A stretch of DNA of 61,898 nt, the filler included, from Deltaproteobacteria bacterium (GTDB taxonomy: Bacteria; JACQOV01): assembly GCA_016202395.1 (NCBI GenBank). It is 5 parts of 5 records of this genome, joined end to end, with 100 filler letters (N's around TTAATTAATTAA, not from the genome) between each part and the next. Parts side by side here need not be neighbours in the genome. Positions count along the whole stretch, not along the records: positions 4,616 to 27,468 come from JACQOV010000089.1; positions 27,569 to 31,259 come from JACQOV010000094.1; 3 more parts are not named here. One strand, written 5' to 3'. Numbering within the stretch: the stretch's first letter is position 1; the number at the start of each line of letters is the position of its first letter. The notes under the pieces were generated by a model, which was not told the origin of the DNA, searched no databases, and saw nothing but the letters and a program-made list of their open reading frames with translations. The position numbers were made by a program, and so were the translations under genes. Of this stretch, positions 19,638 to 29,066 are shown piece after piece.

Positions 19638-19659
19638 GGTTCTTAAAAGACTCTACTTT
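19631..19659 (+). promoter_or_regulatory. Sigma-70 promoter of tRNA-Leu, overlapping the divergent rnr start codon
   Basis: TTGACA-17 nt-TACTTT. Confidence 0.6.
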
Positions 19660-19678
19660 CTAACCCACCTTCTTTAAT

Positions 19679-19762
19679 GCCGAGGTGGCGGAATTGGCAG
19701 ACGCTCTAGCCTCAGGAGCTAGTGGTCGAAAGGCCGTAGGGGTTCAACTCCCCTCCTCGGCA
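19679..19762 (+). tRNA. tRNA-Leu (anticodon CAG)
   Basis: GCCGAGG/CCTCGGC acceptor stem, CTAGC-CTCAGGA-GCTAG anticodon arm, long variable arm GGTC-GAAA-GGCC, GGTTCAACT T-loop. Confidence 0.96.
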
Positions 19763-19810
19763 AATTAGCTCACCTAAATACTCGAAATCCCATCAAAAAT
19801 CAATTGGATT

Positions 19811-20764
19811 TTAGCGAGGGGTGCTATTGAGCAAACGAATAGAGGGAAATTCCGTCTCGGCATGAAAATGGGTGAGGCGTTCGAATTCACGATAGCGGGA
19901 AAGAATTTGCTCGGCATTAAGACTGAGCATACGATTGAAACTAAAATCCTCCACGTTGAAGGAGGCTAAAACGGACCCAAAAACCACCGCTTTTCGAAGA
20001 GAGGTGGACGTCACCTGTCCTACAGAACTCAAGTATCCCATGAAGCCTCCCGCAAAGGTGTCCCCGGCTCCTGTTGGATCGTAAATTTTCTCCAGCGGAT
20101 AAGCAGGGGCTGAAAAAACCTCCTCCTTAGAAAAGAGCAACGATCCATATTCCCCCTGCTTAATAACCAACCACTCCGGGCCCAAAGTCAGTATCTTTCG
20201 AGCGGCACGCACGAGATTAGCCTCTTGAGCGTATTGACGGGCCTCCCCTTCATTCATAAAAACGATATCGACGCGACGAAAAAGATCGGTAAGAACAGAG
20301 GGCTTTCCTTGGATCCAAAAATTCATCGTGTCACAAGCAACCAGCTCGGGGTCTTTAACTTGCTCTAAGACCTGGATCTGAAGCTCGGGATCGATGTTTG
20401 CCAAGAAAACATAAGGGGTGGAACGGTGAGACTTCGGAATTTCGGGCCGAAATTTTTCAAAAACATTGAGTTGCGTCTCTAAGGTTTGAGCCGCGTTCAG
20501 ATCATATCCGTACTTTCCTTGCCAGAAGAAGGTTTTTCCGCTTTGACGTTGAACGCCAGAAACATCCACTCCTCTATTCCGGAGAAGATCCAATGTTGTT
20601 TCTGGAAAATCTTCCCCTACCACGGCAACCATCTTAAGCTCAGAAAAAAAACTTGAGGCGATTGAAAAATAAGTAGCCGATCCCCCTAAGGCTCGTTCTA
20701 CTTTTCCAAAAGGGGTTTCTACCGAGTCAAATGCCATGGATCCAACAACCAGTATCGGTTTCAT
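19811..20764 (-). CDS. PfkB-family sugar/nucleoside kinase
   Basis: LGGSATYF, DTMNFWI, DPTGAGDTFAGGF. Confidence 0.93.
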   Translation of the reverse strand: MKPILVVGSMAFDSVETPFGKVERALGGSATYFSIASSFFSELKMVAVVGEDFPETTLDLLRNRGVDVSGVQRQSGKTFFWQGKYGYDLNAAQTLETQLNVFEKFRPEIPKSHRSTPYVFLANIDPELQIQVLEQVKDPELVACDTMNFWIQGKPSVLTDLFRRVDIVFMNEGEARQYAQEANLVRAARKILTLGPEWLVIKQGEYGSLLFSKEEVFSAPAYPLEKIYDPTGAGDTFAGGFMGYLSSVGQVTSTSLRKAVVFGSVLASFNVEDFSFNRMLSLNAEQILSRYREFERLTHFHAETEFPSIRLLNSTPR

Positions 20765-20774
20765 TTAAAACTCC

Positions 20775-21056
20775 TCACTTTTTAAAGAGATTTTCAAAAC
20801 GTTGAGGCCCCATCGAATCCTTCTTTCCCTCTCCCCTCTTGGGATTCAGCGCGCCCCGAAAATAATCACAGAAATTAGCCCTCTCCTTATCGCTCACCCA
20901 CTCCGCCTGAGATTCCCGACACTGGTGATGAGCTTTCTCATCGTAGAATTCACATTGGAAACAGCAATGAAGATCCGCTCCGCAACGATCACAAACATCC
21001 CTTCTCCCAATCGACTTTTGAGGGATCTCCCCACTACAAGCATAACATGGAGTCAT
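20775..21056 (-). CDS. Small Cys-rich conserved hypothetical protein
   Basis: CxxC...C..CGADLHCC.QC.FYD...C.E......DKERANFCDYF. Confidence 0.8.
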   Translation of the reverse strand: MTPCYACSGEIPQKSIGRRDVCDRCGADLHCCFQCEFYDEKAHHQCRESQAEWVSDKERANFCDYFRGALNPKRGEGKKDSMGPQRFENLFKK

Positions 21057-21171
21057 TTCTCTCCCTTTTCCTGATGGTCCACATTGACTTCTCAAAAAGC
21101 TTTTGATAAGGAGTCAGTGACAGTTGGGAATATTGGCATAAAACCCCCTTTAAGGCAAGAAGGAGAAATCT

Positions 21172-22974
21172 ATGAATTATGAATTCGGAAGCATCCCGGG
21201 AATGTTCTGGAAACAGGTTGAGAAGAGTCCCAAAAAGCCCGCTTTCAAATATAAAAAGGGGGATGGTTGGACTGACGTCACTTGGGAGGAGGCCGGAAAG
21301 ATTGTTAAAGAGATGGCTTCAGGACTCCTTGAGTTGGGGCTGAAACCCGGAGAAAAAGTCGCCATCCTTTCGGCAACACGGTACGAATGGATTCTTGTGG
21401 ACATGGCGATTCTCTCTTGCGGCGGCGTTTCGATTCCAATTTACCCCAGCAATACTCCGGAACAAGCTGCCTACGTCATTCAAGATTCGGAGTCTCGATT
21501 CGCTTTTGTCGAAAATAAGGACCAACTCGAAAAAATTGTTAGCACTAAAAATCAACTCCCGGATCTAGAAAAAGTTATTGTAATCGTTCCGAATGGCGCC
21601 ACTCTACTCAATTGGGTGATAACATTGCGTCAGCTCCAAGAAAAAGGGGCTGCTCAAATTTCAAAGAACAGTTCCGAGATGCATGCCCGCACCCAATCGA
21701 TTGATCCTCAACAAGAGGCAACCTACGTCTACACCTCGGGGACGACAGGCCCCCCCAAAGGAGTGGTCCAAACGCATCTGAATCACATCGCCATGGCGAC
21801 CAATCTCAGCAAATCGGTCCCCATCCATAAAGAGGATATTCAGTTAATTTTCCTCCCACTGGCTCATTCCTTTGCTCGAGCTTTGGAATTTCATCATATC
21901 TATGGAGGATACCAACTCGCTTTTGCGGAGAGTATCGAAAAGGTGGTGCAAAACCTTCAAGAGGTGCGCCCCCACATGATGGGAAGTGTCCCCCGGATCT
22001 TTGAAAAGGCTCACACCGCGATCCTCAGCAAAATTAGCGCGGGGTCTCCCTTAAAGAAAGCGATCTTCAACTGGGCCTATGCCGTGGGGAAAGAGGTCAG
22101 TGAATGTCGACAAAATAAAAAAGTCCCCTCGATTCTCACTCAGATTAAGCATATCCTTGCGCACAAGCTTGTTTTCTCAAAAATCCACCAAACCTTTGGA
22201 GGACGGATCCGCTTCTTCATCTCGGGGGGAGCGCCTCTATCGAAAGAGATCGCTCTGTTCTTCCACGCTCTAGGGATGCAAATCCTGGAAGGCTACGGGC
22301 TGACCGAAACCTGCCCTGCAACCCATGTAAATCGTCTGGACAACTACAAATTCGGCACCGTCGGCCCTGCCATTCCGGAGGTGGAGGTCAAGATCGCCTC
22401 GGATGGAGAGATCCTGGTCAAAGGCCCCAATATTGCCAAAGGGTACTTTAAGAAACTGGAGGCAACTCGCGAGGCATGGGATCCCGATGGATGGTTCCAT
22501 ACAGGCGACATCGGCGAGATCGATAAAGATGGGTTCCTTAAAATCACGGATCGCAAAAAGGACCTCATTGTGACCGCCGGGGGTAAAAACGTGGCGCCTC
22601 AGAATATTGAAAATCTATTGAAGACCGATCCTTATATTAGCCAAGTGATGGTCTACGGCGATCGTAAACCGTATCTCACAGCGCTGATCACGCTGGACGA
22701 AGCTCAGGTCAAGAAGTTTGCTCACGACAAAGGGATCCAAAATGGAAAGGATTTCGAGGAGCTTGCCAAACATCCCGAGGTCTTAAGGTTAGTGGAAGGA
22801 ATTGTTCAAAATAAGAACAAAGAGCTCGCTTCTTACGAGTCGATCAAGAAGTTTAAGATCCTTCCCGCAGACTTCACACAAGAGACAGGGGAACTCACTC
22901 CAACTCTAAAGGTAAAAAGAAAAGTGGTTTCGGAGAAGTATAAAGATTTGATTGAGAGAATGTATCAGGCTTAG
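21172..22974 (+). CDS. Long-chain fatty acid-CoA ligase (AMP-binding)
   Basis: YTSGTTGPPKGV, EGYGLTET, GWFHTGDIG, ITDRKKDL, GELTPTLKVKR. Confidence 0.95.
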   Translation: MNYEFGSIPGMFWKQVEKSPKKPAFKYKKGDGWTDVTWEEAGKIVKEMASGLLELGLKPGEKVAILSATRYEWILVDMAILSCGGVSIPIYPSNTPEQAAYVIQDSESRFAFVENKDQLEKIVSTKNQLPDLEKVIVIVPNGATLLNWVITLRQLQEKGAAQISKNSSEMHARTQSIDPQQEATYVYTSGTTGPPKGVVQTHLNHIAMATNLSKSVPIHKEDIQLIFLPLAHSFARALEFHHIYGGYQLAFAESIEKVVQNLQEVRPHMMGSVPRIFEKAHTAILSKISAGSPLKKAIFNWAYAVGKEVSECRQNKKVPSILTQIKHILAHKLVFSKIHQTFGGRIRFFISGGAPLSKEIALFFHALGMQILEGYGLTETCPATHVNRLDNYKFGTVGPAIPEVEVKIASDGEILVKGPNIAKGYFKKLEATREAWDPDGWFHTGDIGEIDKDGFLKITDRKKDLIVTAGGKNVAPQNIENLLKTDPYISQVMVYGDRKPYLTALITLDEAQVKKFAHDKGIQNGKDFEELAKHPEVLRLVEGIVQNKNKELASYESIKKFKILPADFTQETGELTPTLKVKRKVVSEKYKDLIERMYQA

Positions 22975-24569
22975 CTTTTCTTCAAAAGGGTGTCTCTAAG
23001 AAATCGGTCGTCTTTGCGGAGATAATCGATATTATAGTGAAGCCCGCGGCTTTCCTGTCGCTGCATGGCGGATCGGACAATCAGATCCGCTACCTGGCTT
23101 AAGTTGCGAAGTTCGATGAGATCCCCCGTGACGGTAAAGTTCCAATAATATTCGTCGATCTCTTTCATGAGATTGTCTATCCGGTGACGCGCCCGCATCA
23201 GACGCTTGTTGGAACGAACGATCCCAACATAATTCCATAGCGTTCGACGGATCTCATCCCAATTGTGAGCAATAACCACCTCTTCATCGCTGTCACGCGC
23301 CCCCCCTGGATTCCAAGGCGGAACATCTGGAAGCGCCTCCTGGGCGATATCCTTATCATACTCTCCTCGAATCTCTTCAGCGATCCGATGGGCAAAAACG
23401 ATGGCCTCTAAAAGGGAGTTGCTCGCCAATCGGTTCGCTCCATGGAGCCCCGTGCAAGCAACCTCCCCACACGCAAACAACCTTGGAGTCGTCGTTTCCC
23501 CCTTAAGATTGGTAACCACGCCGCCACAAGCATAGTGAGCCGCAGGAACCACCGGAACAGGCTCCTGGACCATATCGATTCCCAGAGAAAGGCATTTCTC
23601 ATAAATATTGGGAAACCTCTTCTTAATAAATTCGGGGTTCAGGTGAGTCACATCGAGATAAACACAATCATTGCCAGTCCGCTTAATTTCATGATCGATG
23701 GCACGGGCCACAATATCCCGGGGAGCCAGCTCTTTCATCGGATGATGGCGCTCCATGAAAGCCTCTCCATGGGCCAGTCGAAGAATCCCTCCCTCTCCTC
23801 GAACCGCCTCCGAGATCAAAAAAGATTTTGCATGCGGATGATAAAGACAGGTGGGATGAAATTGAATAAATTCCATGTTGGCAATATCGGCGCCGGCGCG
23901 GTAAGCCATCGCCACACCATCCCCTGTGGCAACATCCGGATTACTGGTGTAGAGATAAACCTTCCCTAATCCCCCCGTTGCTAACACCGTGAAATGACTC
24001 AGAAAGGTGTCAATCTGACCCGTCCCGCGATTGAGAATGTAAGCTCCAACGCCACGGTTGATTCCTCTGCCTAAACCGAATTTCTCCGTTGTAATGAGAT
24101 CGACCGCAATGTGATTTTCAAAAATCCGAATTCGAGGCGCTTTCTCCACCGCCTCGACCAAAGCGCGTTGGATCTCGCGTCCCGTAAAATCCTCCGCATG
24201 AAGGATCCGGCGTTGTGAATGTCCCCCCTCTCGCCCTAAATCGTAAGCGACCTCCTCTGCATTACGACTAAAAGAGACTCCGATCTCTATCAGCTCACGG
24301 ACCCGGATCGGCCCTTCTTCAACAACCGATTGAACCACCTCTTCGTGACAAAGGCCATCTCCCGCTCGAAGGGTATCTTGGATGTGAGATTCAAAGGTGT
24401 CCTCCTTGCTAAAAACGGAGGCAATTCCTCCTTGAGCAAAGTAGGTGCTCGAAAGAAAGCGATCCTCTTTCATGACAACAATGACATCACAGAATTGGGC
24501 CAACTTGAGCGCTGCGCTCAATCCCCCAATCCCGCCTCCAATCACCAACACCGAACTCCGATACTCCAT
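22971..24569 (-). CDS. nadB: L-aspartate oxidase
   Basis: AQGGIA, REGGHS.RRILH, EFIQFHPT, GLHGANRLASNSLLE, ESRGLHY. Confidence 0.97.
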   Translation of the reverse strand: MEYRSSVLVIGGGIGGLSAALKLAQFCDVIVVMKEDRFLSSTYFAQGGIASVFSKEDTFESHIQDTLRAGDGLCHEEVVQSVVEEGPIRVRELIEIGVSFSRNAEEVAYDLGREGGHSQRRILHAEDFTGREIQRALVEAVEKAPRIRIFENHIAVDLITTEKFGLGRGINRGVGAYILNRGTGQIDTFLSHFTVLATGGLGKVYLYTSNPDVATGDGVAMAYRAGADIANMEFIQFHPTCLYHPHAKSFLISEAVRGEGGILRLAHGEAFMERHHPMKELAPRDIVARAIDHEIKRTGNDCVYLDVTHLNPEFIKKRFPNIYEKCLSLGIDMVQEPVPVVPAAHYACGGVVTNLKGETTTPRLFACGEVACTGLHGANRLASNSLLEAIVFAHRIAEEIRGEYDKDIAQEALPDVPPWNPGGARDSDEEVVIAHNWDEIRRTLWNYVGIVRSNKRLMRARHRIDNLMKEIDEYYWNFTVTGDLIELRNLSQVADLIVRSAMQRQESRGLHYNIDYLRKDDRFLRDTLLKKS

Positions 24570-24579
24570 ACCTTTATCT

Positions 24580-24750
24580 TTCGTTCACCGGAATGTTTTT
24601 TAGCGAACGTCGCGAGATTTTTGGCTGATTCGGTTTCTCTTGCTTGGCCTCGCGGGTGGCATGGGGCGGGGGACCCCCAGGCGCGCGGACTATGGAGCAC
24701 GCCTGGGGGAAGCCCCATGACAGGACCCGCGAGGCCAAGCAATGAACGAA
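24580..24750. mobile_element. MITE-like repeat: 'A' end module plus long GC hairpin core
   Basis: Outer stem TTGCTTGGCCTCGCGGGT/ACCCGCGAGGCCAAGCAA; core is the reverse complement of 28200-28276; bounded by TTCGTTCA/TGAACGAA. Confidence 0.75.
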
Positions 24751-24781
24751 TTGACAAAAAATCTATCTATTTCGTATACTT

Positions 24782-25378
24782 ATGTCAATGTTTTCACTCC
24801 GCGCATTTTGCTTCCTTCTTGGAGTAGGGTTAGGTATCCATGGGTTCGCTTTGGCAGAATCGCTCTATAGCTACACCGATGAACAAGGGGTCCTCCACAT
24901 CTCCAATCTCCCAACAGATCCCCGTTACCGGCTGTTGCCCCCAGGAACTCTCTCTAAAAAATTCGGACGCCGATGGTCCCCCTCTCCCTCCCATTTCCGA
25001 TCCGAGATTGAGATCGCTTCCTCCCTCTATGACATCCCCAAAGCTCTTGTCAAAGCCGTGATTAAAGTGGAGTCCGATTTCGACCCCTATGCGATCTCCA
25101 CAAAAGGGGCCATGGGGTTGATGCAGCTGATGCCCGACACCGCTATTGCGATGAGTGTCAATGATGTCTATAATCCTCGAGAGAACATCCTGGGTGGAAC
25201 CCGTTATTTGCGACATCTCATGAACCGATTTGAGGAGGATCTGGCGCTGACGTTAGCCGCCTATCATGCGGGGGAAACGCGCGTCTCAATCTACGGAACG
25301 ATTCCACCAATTCCTCAAACGCATGATTATGTGGATCAAGTGCTTTATTATTATCAATACTACTTAGGGGAAGATTAA
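24782..25378 (+). CDS. Lytic transglycosylase (SLT) with N-terminal DUF4124-like domain
   Basis: Y.YTDEQGVLHISN; AVIKVESDFDP.A.S.KGAMGLMQLMP; LAAYHAG. Confidence 0.92.
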   Translation: MSMFSLRAFCFLLGVGLGIHGFALAESLYSYTDEQGVLHISNLPTDPRYRLLPPGTLSKKFGRRWSPSPSHFRSEIEIASSLYDIPKALVKAVIKVESDFDPYAISTKGAMGLMQLMPDTAIAMSVNDVYNPRENILGGTRYLRHLMNRFEEDLALTLAAYHAGETRVSIYGTIPPIPQTHDYVDQVLYYYQYYLGED

Positions 25379-25382
25379 GCGA

Positions 25383-25988
25383 ATGGCTGTAAAAAACAAA
25401 ACGTGGCTCAACCTTCCGAACACCGTCAGTTTGATTCGCGTGGCTTTGATCCCCATTCTAGTTTTGATGCTCATCGAAATCAAAGTCACTTCTCATCCCG
25501 ATAGGAACGCCTTTTGGAGCTATATCACAGCAACCCTTTTTGCTCTACTGGCCTTAACAGACACACTCGATGGTTATCTTGCCAGAAAATATCAACAGGT
25601 GACCGCGTTCGGAAAGCTGATCGATCCTGTTGCCGATAAACTTCTTTTTACCGCAGCTTTGGTGATGCTGATTCCTTTAGAGAGAATCCCCGCTTGGATG
25701 GTGGTCGTTCTGTTAGGTCGGGATCTCGCTGTAACCGGTTTAAGGCTGGTGGCCGCCTCCGAGGGGAAAGAGATCCCTGTCTCAGGATTTGGAAAATCTA
25801 AAACCACATTTACGGCGATCGCCACCACGGCTTTGATGGCTCATCATCACCCCTGGAACCTTTTTTCCATGCATCTATTGGGGATGCTCGTCCTTTGGAT
25901 TGCTTTAATCCTTTCGGTGGGATCCGGAATCGATTACAGCCGTCAGTTTTATCGTGTCATGACAGAACCACATGGGGGGAAAAGATGA
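25383..25988 (+). CDS. pgsA: CDP-diacylglycerol--glycerol-3-phosphate 3-phosphatidyltransferase
   Basis: NLPN..S..R, TD.LDGYLARK...VT.FGKLIDPVADK. Confidence 0.93.
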   Translation: MAVKNKTWLNLPNTVSLIRVALIPILVLMLIEIKVTSHPDRNAFWSYITATLFALLALTDTLDGYLARKYQQVTAFGKLIDPVADKLLFTAALVMLIPLERIPAWMVVVLLGRDLAVTGLRLVAASEGKEIPVSGFGKSKTTFTAIATTALMAHHHPWNLFSMHLLGMLVLWIALILSVGSGIDYSRQFYRVMTEPHGGKR

Positions 25989-26518
25989 AACTTAAGATAG
26001 GATCCAAAGCCCCTGATTTTAATCTTCCTGGCGCTGACGGGAAAAGTTACACTCTGGATAGTTTTAAGGATAAGGCCATCTTGGCGATCGTCTTTAGCTG
26101 TAACCATTGCCCCTATGTGCAAGCCTATGAGTCACGAATGATGGACATCCAAAGAGACTACGCGGACCGCGACACGCAACTCGTCGCGATCAACTCCAAC
26201 GAAACAAAAAATTATCCCGAAGATAGCTTTGAAAAAATGGCCCGTCGAGCGAAAGAGAAAAGATATAACTTTCCGTATTTAAGGGATGAGGATCAATCCG
26301 TAGCCCATGCTTACGATGCCGCCTGCACTCCAGAATTTTTTGTTTTTGACAAGAAACGACAACTTCAATACCACGGCCGCCTCGATGATAATCATGAAAA
26401 TCCAGCCCAAGTGACAAAACGCTATCTTCGAGACGCCTTCGAGGCTTTGCTCATGGGAAAGATGCCTCCCTTACAAGAAGTTCATCCCATCGGCTGCTCC
26501 ATCAAATGGAGCCGTTAG
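25985..26518 (+). CDS. Thioredoxin/AhpC-TSA family protein
   Basis: FSCNHCPYV, AINSN, FPYLRDEDQ.VA.AY.A.CTPEFF, IGCSIKW. Confidence 0.92.
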   Translation: MKLKIGSKAPDFNLPGADGKSYTLDSFKDKAILAIVFSCNHCPYVQAYESRMMDIQRDYADRDTQLVAINSNETKNYPEDSFEKMARRAKEKRYNFPYLRDEDQSVAHAYDAACTPEFFVFDKKRQLQYHGRLDDNHENPAQVTKRYLRDAFEALLMGKMPPLQEVHPIGCSIKWSR

Positions 26519-26520
26519 CC

Positions 26521-27468
26521 TTAGTGGGAGCCCATCCCAAAAACAAGGTATGCGACGCCGGCGCCGAGTCGGTCTGATCCAGCATCGGCAAGCGGGGCGC
26601 CGATGAGAATATCATCAACGCCATCGCCATTCACATCCCCTGCAGAAGCGAGCCCCACCCCAGCATGGTCATCATGGGCGTCATTCCCAATCAGCTTCAC
26701 ATCCGCCTGAGAAAGATCAATGACGCCTGAGGAAAACTGGGACCTTCCCCAGATGAGATAAGCCGCTCCTCCACTTCCATTGATCAAATAATTCATGGGA
26801 GCGCCTATTAGGAAATCAGAGAAACCATCCTCATTCACGTCCCCAGCCTCTGAAACGCCAACTCCTGCCCAGTCATTGGCCGATTCTCCAACAAATTTTA
26901 CCGTTGGGAAAAAGGAATCTGATAGGCTGGTGTGGATCCTTGCCTCACTTCGAGTTTTTGCGGCAATCTCCATTCCAGGGATCAGATAAGCGGCTCCAGA
27001 ATTCTCTCCGCCAGCGTTATTCCCATAAGCCCCGATGAGGATGTCGTCATACCCATCCCCATCGACATCCCCCGCAGTGGATACTCCATAAGCCAAATCG
27101 GAGGCCTGCTCTCCATTCCACCGAACAGCCGCTTGAGAAAGGGGGAAATCGTTAGTAAGATTCGTTCCTCCAAAAATGAGATAGACAAGCCCCCTTTGAG
27201 ATTCGTTGATCTCATCTCTCATGCCGGCAGCCCCAATCAAGAGGTCACTAAAACCATCGCCATTCACATCCCCTGCCTGGCTCACAGACACACCGACTAA
27301 ATCCTGGGAGCTCTCGGCCGAAAATTTCACGTCGGCCTCTTGGGTAGTATAAAAATTGGAATTCAAAGGCCCCCAGAAAAGATAGGCAGCCCCTGAAAGA
27401 TCTCCCACGGTATCTTCTAAAGGGCTTCCGATAAGCACATCGTGATAACCATCCCCATTCACATCCCC
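26521..27468 (-). CDS. FG-GAP (integrin alpha-like beta-propeller) repeat protein, 5' end in gap
   Basis: Five GDV(N/D)xDGxxDxLIGA...G.AYL repeats. Confidence 0.9.
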   Translation of the reverse strand, partial: GDVNGDGYHDVLIGSPLEDTVGDLSGAAYLFWGPLNSNFYTTQEADVKFSAESSQDLVGVSVSQAGDVNGDGFSDLLIGAAGMRDEINESQRGLVYLIFGGTNLTNDFPLSQAAVRWNGEQASDLAYGVSTAGDVDGDGYDDILIGAYGNNAGGENSGAAYLIPGMEIAAKTRSEARIHTSLSDSFFPTVKFVGESANDWAGVGVSEAGDVNEDGFSDFLIGAPMNYLINGSGGAAYLIWGRSQFSSGVIDLSQADVKLIGNDAHDDHAGVGLASAGDVNGDGVDDILIGAPLADAGSDRLGAGVAYLVFGMGSH

Positions 27469-27568
27469 NNNNNNNNNNNNNNNNNNNNNNNNNNNNNNNN
27501 NNNNNNNNNNNNTTAATTAATTAANNNNNNNNNNNNNNNNNNNNNNNNNNNNNNNNNNNNNNNNNNNN
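27469..27568. other. Artificial contig spacer
   Basis: N44-TTAATTAATTAA-N44. Confidence 0.99.
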
Positions 27569-27593
27569 GTCAAGGCATTATAACTATCTGTTC

Positions 27594-28046
27594 TTAAAAG
27601 ATTTTTAGTATCTCCTCGATGTGACCATCCACTTTGACCTTGGGATAAATCTTATTAATCTTCCCTTCAGGATTGATAACGAAAGTAGTTCGCTCAATTC
27701 CCATGTAGGTCTTGCCATACATGCTTTTCTCTTTATAAACACCGTACTCCTTGGACACTTTGGCCTCTTTGTCAGCCAACAAAGTAAAGGGAAGACGGTA
27801 CTTCTTGGCGAACTTTTGATGGGAGATCTCATCGTCTGGAGAAACTCCAAGGATCTCCACCCCTTTTTTGCTGAACTGACTGTGATTGTCGCGAAAATCA
27901 CAGGCCTCTTTGGTGCAGCCGGGAGTATCGTCTTTCGGATAAAAATAAAGGATCACTGTTTTTCCTTTAAAATCCTCAAGTCGATACTTTTTTCCTGTGG
28001 AATCGGGAAGTGTGAAACTGGGAGCTTTTGTTCCTTCTTGAACCAT
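27594..28046 (-). CDS. bcp: Thioredoxin-dependent thiol peroxidase
   Basis: LYFYPKDDTPGCTKEACDFRD, ERTTFVI. Confidence 0.95.
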   Translation of the reverse strand: MVQEGTKAPSFTLPDSTGKKYRLEDFKGKTVILYFYPKDDTPGCTKEACDFRDNHSQFSKKGVEILGVSPDDEISHQKFAKKYRLPFTLLADKEAKVSKEYGVYKEKSMYGKTYMGIERTTFVINPEGKINKIYPKVKVDGHIEEILKIF

Positions 28047-28107
28047 GGCCTTTTCCCTCCTTCTTTTCTTCTATAACAAAGTCCACCCCCATTCGTCAAT
28101 TGATTAT

Positions 28108-28402
28108 TGATTCACTGGGGTATTTTCCCCTAAACGAACGTTACGAATTTTTTGGGGGCTCCCGTCTAGGCGAAGAAAAAGCGTCCTCGGAAAGACCCAC
28201 GGGTCCTGTCATGGGGCTTCCCCCAGGCGTGCTCCACGGTCCGCGCGCCTGGGGGGCCCCCGCTCCATCCCACCCGTGGGTCTTTCCGAGGCGGCTTGTG
28301 CTGTCTGAGCCCGAAGGGCGAGTTCACAAGCCGAGCGATCTGAGCCTTAAGACGGGTCAAAAAAATCGTGAGAGAGTGAGGGGAAAATACCCCAGTGAAT
28401 CA
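28108..28402. mobile_element. 295-bp MITE-like element with perfect 24-bp terminal inverted repeats
   Basis: TGATTCACTGGGGTATTTTCCCCT (28108-31) / AGGGGAAAATACCCCAGTGAATCA (28379-402); internal hairpins. Confidence 0.85.
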
Positions 28403-28447
28403 GTATAGTTTTGACAATGGTTACGGGATCGAATAGGCTCCATTTTC

Positions 28448-29062
28448 ATGAAATCATCTCGCACTCCTAAAATTGTGGGGGTGACAGGATCGATTGGGAG
28501 TGGTAAATCAACGGTGGCCCACATGTTCGAGAAGTTAGGGGCCTACCGAATCGATGCCGATGAGATTGCAGCAGAGGTTTTGAGACCAGCGACAAAAGTT
28601 TTTAGTCAAGTTAAAAAATCATTTGGTTCTCGAATACTCACCGCCGATAAGAAATCGATCGACCGCCATAAATTAGCCGAGGTCGTTTTTCGTGATTCAG
28701 AGGCGAGAGAGAAACTGAACGCTCTGACTCACCCCGCTATCGTTGAAAAGATGATGAAGAGGGTTGAAGAAGCCTCAAAAAAACAATCGGTGATCGTTCT
28801 CGATATCCCTCTTTTGCTGGAGAGGGGCTCTAGCCTTGAGCTTCAGCCCACTGTTGTCGTGTATTCAGATCTTGAGATTCGAAGGAATCGAATCCAGGAA
28901 AAGACGGGCTGGAGCCCTGAGCATATCGAACAGCGGATGGCGGCACAACGCCCTCTCTTAGAAAAAGTAAGTGAGGCTCAGTTCGTGATCAACAATTCGG
29001 GTTCTCTTGGAGCGACTCAAAAACAGGTCCAGGCTCTTTGGCCTCATTTACGAGGGCAATAG
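28448..29062 (+). CDS. coaE: Dephospho-CoA kinase
   Basis: GVTGSIGSGKST, IDAD, IDR.KL...VF.D, LN.LTHP, DIPLL.E. Confidence 0.95.
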   Translation: MKSSRTPKIVGVTGSIGSGKSTVAHMFEKLGAYRIDADEIAAEVLRPATKVFSQVKKSFGSRILTADKKSIDRHKLAEVVFRDSEAREKLNALTHPAIVEKMMKRVEEASKKQSVIVLDIPLLLERGSSLELQPTVVVYSDLEIRRNRIQEKTGWSPEHIEQRMAAQRPLLEKVSEAQFVINNSGSLGATQKQVQALWPHLRGQ

Positions 29063-29066
29063 GTGT

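Noticed and set aside
24580-24750. A known NAD+ riboswitch upstream of nadB
   Set aside because: I could not match it to a known class, and the same core recurs inside a TIR-bounded element; kept only as a repeat or candidate structure.
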